Assembly: GCA_963677215.1 (NCBI GenBank)
Contig: OY781919.1
Location: 2,701,138-2,733,137 of the forward strand
Direction: 5' to 3'
DNA length: 32,000 nucleotides
From: Geopsychrobacteraceae bacterium
GTDB taxonomy: Bacteria > Desulfobacterota > Desulfuromonadia > Desulfuromonadales > Geopsychrobacteraceae
Part shown: piece by piece, positions 28,154 through 32,000 of the stretch
Position numbering within the stretch: the stretch's first letter is position 1
How the letters are laid out: every line of letters starts with the position of its first letter
Made by a program: the position numbers and the translations under genes
Notes under the pieces: model-generated
Database searches by the model: none
What the model was told of the DNA's origin: nothing
What the model saw: the letters and a program-made list of their open reading frames with translations, nothing else

Positions 28154-28421
28154 ATTGATCTCCAGGATGCCGGACTAACTCTGTTCGTCTGACCTTAGCT
28201 ATACGCTTAAGTCACAGATGATGCTTCAGGCGTCCTGCTTATGGACAGGCTTGCTCACCACATCACCACAGAAATGACAGGCCAAAAGGAACGTTGGTCA
28301 CGAGACCAGAATTAATCCGCGCATCCCAGATAACCGGACTCTAGTAGGTCTATACTATCAATTTACCGGCATTTTTCAATCTTCTAAAAAAGTATGAATA
28401 GTGCTAAGATGGCGTGTTGTT

Positions 28422-29351
28422 ATGTCTAGCAAATGGCAAATTCATAAACTGAAAGTAGAGAATGTCGGAGCGGATCGTCTGGATCTGTTTCTGGCATCTT
28501 CAAACTACGACATTTCACGCAGCAAAGCTAAAAAAATCATCGATATCGGTGGAGTTCACCTGAACGGAAGGAGAGTCAGGAGCTGTTCTCAGTCTGTACG
28601 TCCCGGTGATTCCATTGAGATTTATATCGATCCGTTTCCTCTCGAGCCATACCGGCTCAGTGCAGATCAGGTCCTGTTTCAGGACAAATTCCTGATTGTT
28701 GTCAATAAGCCGCCCTACGTTGATACCCAGCCGACCCATGCCAGGTATAAGGGGACCCTCTACGAGGCGCTGCAGGTCTACCTTCAGGATCCATTCAGGC
28801 CGCGCCTGAAGCCTGAGCTCGGTATGGTTCAGCGGCTGGACCGCGGGACATCGGGGATTATGGCATTTTCAACCCATCAGCGTGCGCATAAAGAGATGAC
28901 TGCTATGTTTGTCGAGCATCGCATCGATAAGCGCTATCTGGCTCTGGTCAGGGGTGTATTTACCGAGCCGCAGGGTGAGGTCCGCAGCTTGCTGGCCCGA
29001 TCGCGGCAGCAGAACAGGGTTCAGTCTGTCGTTCGAGGGGGCAAGGAAGCGATCACCCGCTATCGGGTTGTTGAACAGTACGCTGACGCGGCACTGGTCG
29101 AGGTTGAGTTGTTGACCGGTCGTTCGCATCAGATCCGCGCTCACATGTCAGAACTGGATCATCCTCTGTTTGGAGATGTCAAGTATGGCGGGCCGAAGTC
29201 GCTTGCTTCTGTTGTACTGAGCAGGCCCATGCTTCATGCTTCAAAGCTCAGTTTCAAGCACCCGGTAATGGGTTCTGCTCTGGCCTTTGAGCTCGATCCT
29301 CCTGAGGATATGCAGGCCCTTCTCAAATTTCTGCGTGAGGAAAGACGATGA
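28422..29351 (+). CDS. RluA-family 23S rRNA/tRNA pseudouridine synthase with S4 domain
   Basis: S4-like 'RLDLFLASSNYDISRSKAKKIIDIGGVHLNGRRV', catalytic 'VQRLDRGTSGIMAFSTHQRAHKEMTAMF', 'LLTGRSHQIRAHMSELDHPLFGDVKYG'. Confidence 0.92.
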   Translation: MSSKWQIHKLKVENVGADRLDLFLASSNYDISRSKAKKIIDIGGVHLNGRRVRSCSQSVRPGDSIEIYIDPFPLEPYRLSADQVLFQDKFLIVVNKPPYVDTQPTHARYKGTLYEALQVYLQDPFRPRLKPELGMVQRLDRGTSGIMAFSTHQRAHKEMTAMFVEHRIDKRYLALVRGVFTEPQGEVRSLLARSRQQNRVQSVVRGGKEAITRYRVVEQYADAALVEVELLTGRSHQIRAHMSELDHPLFGDVKYGGPKSLASVVLSRPMLHASKLSFKHPVMGSALAFELDPPEDMQALLKFLREERR

Positions 29352-30127
29352 CTTACCCGCATATCGATCCGGTCATTCTCTCGTTGGGTCCACTGGCTAT
29401 CCGCTGGTACGGACTGATGTATCTGTTAGGCTTTGTCGGCGGCCTGTTTATGGTCAGGCATGTTGCCCGGTTACGCAATTTTGCTCTTGATAAAGAGGGC
29501 ATTTCCGATCTGTTGTTCTATGCCGTCGTCGGTGTAATCGTCGGCGGTCGCGTCGGCTACACTCTTTTTTATAATGCCTTCTATTACCTCCATCATCCTC
29601 TGGAAATCCTCTATGTCTGGGAAGGGGGGATGAGCTTTCATGGCGGGCTTATCGGTGTGGTCATCGCTTTGGTTGTTTATTGCAAGAGAAAGAAACTGCC
29701 GCTGCTGATGATCGGTGACCTGGTTGTCGTTGCGGCCCCCATCGGTCTGGCCCTGGGACGTCTTGGCAACTTCATCAATGGTGAGTTGTGGGGGCGGGTG
29801 ACGGATGTTCACTGGGGAATGGTTTTTCCTGGTGCGGGACCTTTGCCTCGGCACCCCAGTCAGCTCTACGAAGCGTCCCTTGAGGGGGTAATACTGCTGA
29901 TTGTCATGTACCTTCTTCATCGGACGAAGCCGGCAATGGGGGTCCCGGTTTTCGTCTTTCTGCTGGGTTACGGTTTGTTGCGTTTCATTGTTGAGTTTTT
30001 CCGTCAGCCGGACAGTCAGTTAGGCTTTCTCTGGGGGGGCGCAACGATGGGGCAGCTTCTCTGTGTTCCGATGATTGTCATCGGTTTTTGCGGTATGATA
30101 CTGCTGTTGAACAAGGGCAAGGAATGA
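29348..30127 (+). CDS. lgt: Prolipoprotein diacylglyceryl transferase
   Basis: 'IRWYGLMYLLGFVGG', 'VGGRVGYTLFYN', 'GGMSFHGGLIGV', 'GLALGRLGNFINGELWGRVTDVHWGMVFPGAGPLPRHPSQLYEASLEG', 'FRQPDSQLGFL'. ATGA overlap with the preceding gene. Confidence 0.97.
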   Translation: MTYPHIDPVILSLGPLAIRWYGLMYLLGFVGGLFMVRHVARLRNFALDKEGISDLLFYAVVGVIVGGRVGYTLFYNAFYYLHHPLEILYVWEGGMSFHGGLIGVVIALVVYCKRKKLPLLMIGDLVVVAAPIGLALGRLGNFINGELWGRVTDVHWGMVFPGAGPLPRHPSQLYEASLEGVILLIVMYLLHRTKPAMGVPVFVFLLGYGLLRFIVEFFRQPDSQLGFLWGGATMGQLLCVPMIVIGFCGMILLLNKGKE

Positions 30128-30744
30128 AAACACTGCAAGCTGTAATATTTGATTGTGATGGTGTCATGTTTGACAGCAAGGGAGCGAACCTTGCTTATTA
30201 TAATCGTATTTTGACCGAGTTTGGTTATGAGCCGGTATCGATGGAACAGCAGGAGCGGGCGCACCTCTGTCATACCGGTAGTTCTGCAGACGTGATCAGA
30301 GCACTGATTGCTGAAGATCAGTTTGAGCAGGCCATGAACTTTGCGATGTCACTTCACTATGAACCCTTCATCCCTGAAATGCGGCCAACAGAAGGACTGT
30401 GCGAGGTTCTCGACAGGCTGCACGACAACTATCCCCTGGCGATTGCGACGAATCGTGGGCGCAGTATCGATCTGGTCCTGGAGTACTTCGGACTGGAGCG
30501 TTATTTTGATGTGGTTGTCAGCTGTCAGGATGTCAAACGCCCGAAGCCAGCTCCGGACATGCTGCTTCTGGCCGTTGAGAAGTTAGAGGTTGTAGCCGGA
30601 AACTGTCTGTTCATCGGAGATTCCGAACTGGATCAGCGGGCTGCGCAAGGTGCCCGGGTTCGCTTCGCCAGCTACGGTGGGGCCGTCCCCGGTGAAGAGT
30701 TCGCGTTAAACAGTTTGAACGGTTTGTTTGATTATCTGGATTGA
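30124..30744 (+). CDS. HAD-superfamily hydrolase (phosphoglycolate phosphatase-like)
   Basis: 'QAVIFDCDGVMFDSKGANLAYYNRIL', 'IATNRGRSIDLVLEYFGLERYFDVVVSCQDVKRPKPAPDMLLLAVEKL', 'CLFIGDSELDQRAA'. ATGA overlap with lgt. Confidence 0.92.
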   Translation: MKTLQAVIFDCDGVMFDSKGANLAYYNRILTEFGYEPVSMEQQERAHLCHTGSSADVIRALIAEDQFEQAMNFAMSLHYEPFIPEMRPTEGLCEVLDRLHDNYPLAIATNRGRSIDLVLEYFGLERYFDVVVSCQDVKRPKPAPDMLLLAVEKLEVVAGNCLFIGDSELDQRAAQGARVRFASYGGAVPGEEFALNSLNGLFDYLD

Positions 30745-30746
30745 GA

Positions 30747-31181
30747 TCATCTGAGTTTTTTACTCAGAATCATAACGTTGAGACTGTCCTCACGATGGTT
30801 GTACAGGTTATCCATCAGTTCACGCATCAGATGGATGCCACGTCCACCTTCATCGCTGTGGCGGGAGGCCTTCTGGCTCTGCGAGTGCAGATCGAATCCA
30901 CGCCCCTGATCATAGATCTTGATGACAAGTTCCTGATCAGAGGCTGTGATAAGAATACGGACGCTTTTTTCCGGATCGCGATTGTTGCCATGGTCGATCG
31001 CGTTGGCAATCGCCTCGGTCAGCACCAGATTCAGATTGTAGGGAAAGTCAGCCCACTCTTTGCCTTTCGGCATCAGGGAGTTGGCTAGATCTTCGCCCAT
31101 GCGACCGACCATTCCCAGATACCTGGTGTCACTGGGAATGGAGATGTCGATTCTGATTTTTGGCGCGCTGCGATCTTTCAT
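30747..31181 (-). CDS. RsbW/SpoIIAB-like anti-sigma serine kinase (HATPase_c)
   Basis: 'NLVLTEAIANAIDHGNNRDPEKSVRILI', 'LVIKIYDQGRGFD', 'GGRGIHLMRELMDNL'. Confidence 0.9.
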   Translation of the reverse strand: MKDRSAPKIRIDISIPSDTRYLGMVGRMGEDLANSLMPKGKEWADFPYNLNLVLTEAIANAIDHGNNRDPEKSVRILITASDQELVIKIYDQGRGFDLHSQSQKASRHSDEGGRGIHLMRELMDNLYNHREDSLNVMILSKKLR

Positions 31182-31187
31182 ATGGCT

Positions 31188-31523
31188 TTAGAAGCTTCCA
31201 AGTGCTTCTTCGGCTGTGGCAAAAATTTCAAAGACACGATGCAGGCGGGTCAGTTCGAACATCGACCGGACCTGAGGCTGAAGGCAGCAGAGTTTGAGAT
31301 TTCCTTCGCGGGCACTGGCGTTTTTGAAGCCGGAGACGAGGGCTCCGAGGCCTGATGAGTCGATAAAACGAACGGCACCAAGGTCAATCACCAGGTTGGC
31401 TTTTCCCTCGTCGAAAATCTGCAGCATGCGTTCCTTGAGATCTCCGCTGTTGTGAGCATCCATACGTTCTTCATTGACAGTGATGACGACAATGTCACCT
31501 TTTTCATTCATATCCAATTGCAT
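31188..31523 (-). CDS. STAS-domain anti-sigma factor antagonist (RsbV/SpoIIAA-like)
   Basis: 'NLVIDLGAVRFIDSSGLGALVSGFKNA' with the conserved phospho-acceptor DSSG. Confidence 0.93.
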   Translation of the reverse strand: MQLDMNEKGDIVVITVNEERMDAHNSGDLKERMLQIFDEGKANLVIDLGAVRFIDSSGLGALVSGFKNASAREGNLKLCCLQPQVRSMFELTRLHRVFEIFATAEEALGSF

Positions 31524-31667
31524 AAAATGGTCTCCTTGAGTTGCCGTTAGCGTTTACGCTGGCAGGTTATTTAAAGGTGTTATTAGTAGCTTTTCTGCTT
31601 CGATAACGATTTTTTTACAGCCTGCAAGCGATTATAACCGACTTGACCCATTTAGGGTGAATATCTT

Positions 31668-32000
31668 TTACATTTTGACCTTCATGGTCAGCAGTGTCAC
31701 GTCGTCTTTGAAATGACGGACACCGGTGAAGATCCGAACCTGATTCATGATGAAGTCGATCAGTTCATCCGGTGGCAGTGAGCTTCCCTCTTCAAGTAGC
31801 TTGGTCAACCGCTCCATGCCAAATAGCTGATTGTTGCGATCTTCGGCTTCTATGATGCCATCGGTATAGAGTAGCAGGATGTCACCCGCATGGAGGGTGG
31901 TGACTTTTTCTTCGTAGGTCAACTCTTTCATGATACCAAAAATCAGCCCTTCTGCGTCGAGAGCTTCGCAGCGGCCATCTGCAGCTCTCCAGACCAGCGG
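31668..32000 (-). CDS. C-terminus of a PP2C/SpoIIE-type (RsbU-like) serine phosphatase; truncated by the right window edge
   Basis: The minus-strand frame stays open from the edge: 'PLVWRAADGRCEALDAEGLIFGIMKELTYEEKVTTLHAGDILLLYTDGIIEAEDRNNQLFGMERL...FKDDVTLLTMKV'. The listed 31931 start is internal. Confidence 0.88.
   Translation of the reverse strand, partial: PLVWRAADGRCEALDAEGLIFGIMKELTYEEKVTTLHAGDILLLYTDGIIEAEDRNNQLFGMERLTKLLEEGSSLPPDELIDFIMNQVRIFTGVRHFKDDVTLLTMKVKM

Noticed and set aside
30751-30767. CTGAGT-TTTT-ACTCAG hairpin at the convergent HAD/RsbW-like junction
   Set aside because: Short AT-rich stem within the 3' coding end of the RsbW-like gene, with no T-tract after either arm; not a convincing terminator.

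Overview
This 32 kb window is a compact, mostly housekeeping stretch of a moderately GC-rich bacterial chromosome. Gene content and order suggest a Desulfuromonadales/Geobacter-like organism; this is inferred, since no rRNA is present to confirm it. Left to right (+ strand unless noted): the 3' end of a leuA-like gene, leuC, leuD, leuB, a lone EcfT/CbiQ-like membrane protein, truA, rplM, rpsI, argC, a kinase-fold/TM/TPR/NTF2-like protein overlapping a YkuD-domain (L,D-transpeptidase/carboxypeptidase-like) gene, a small DUF1858-like protein (-), queA, tgt, yajC, secD, secF, a membrane-anchored TPR protein, recJ, murB, a class I/II aminotransferase (-), pheA, tyrA, aroA, cmk, rpsA, sppA, an IHF-beta/HU-family gene, an RluA-family pseudouridine synthase, lgt, a HAD hydrolase, and a partner-switching module (anti-sigma-like kinase, STAS antagonist, PP2C phosphatase; all -) running off the right edge. 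I saw no rRNA, tRNA, CRISPR array, transposase, phage or defence genes. I found no clear new system. The best candidate for something under-described is the translationally coupled pair at 7251-10684: a predicted pseudokinase with a periplasmic TPR and NTF2-like tail, plus a TPR-YkuD-NTF2 enzyme. The second is a ~98-nt imperfect palindrome between tyrA and aroA that looks like a structured RNA or a dispersed repeat. All calls come from reading the sequence and translations by eye; no searches were run.
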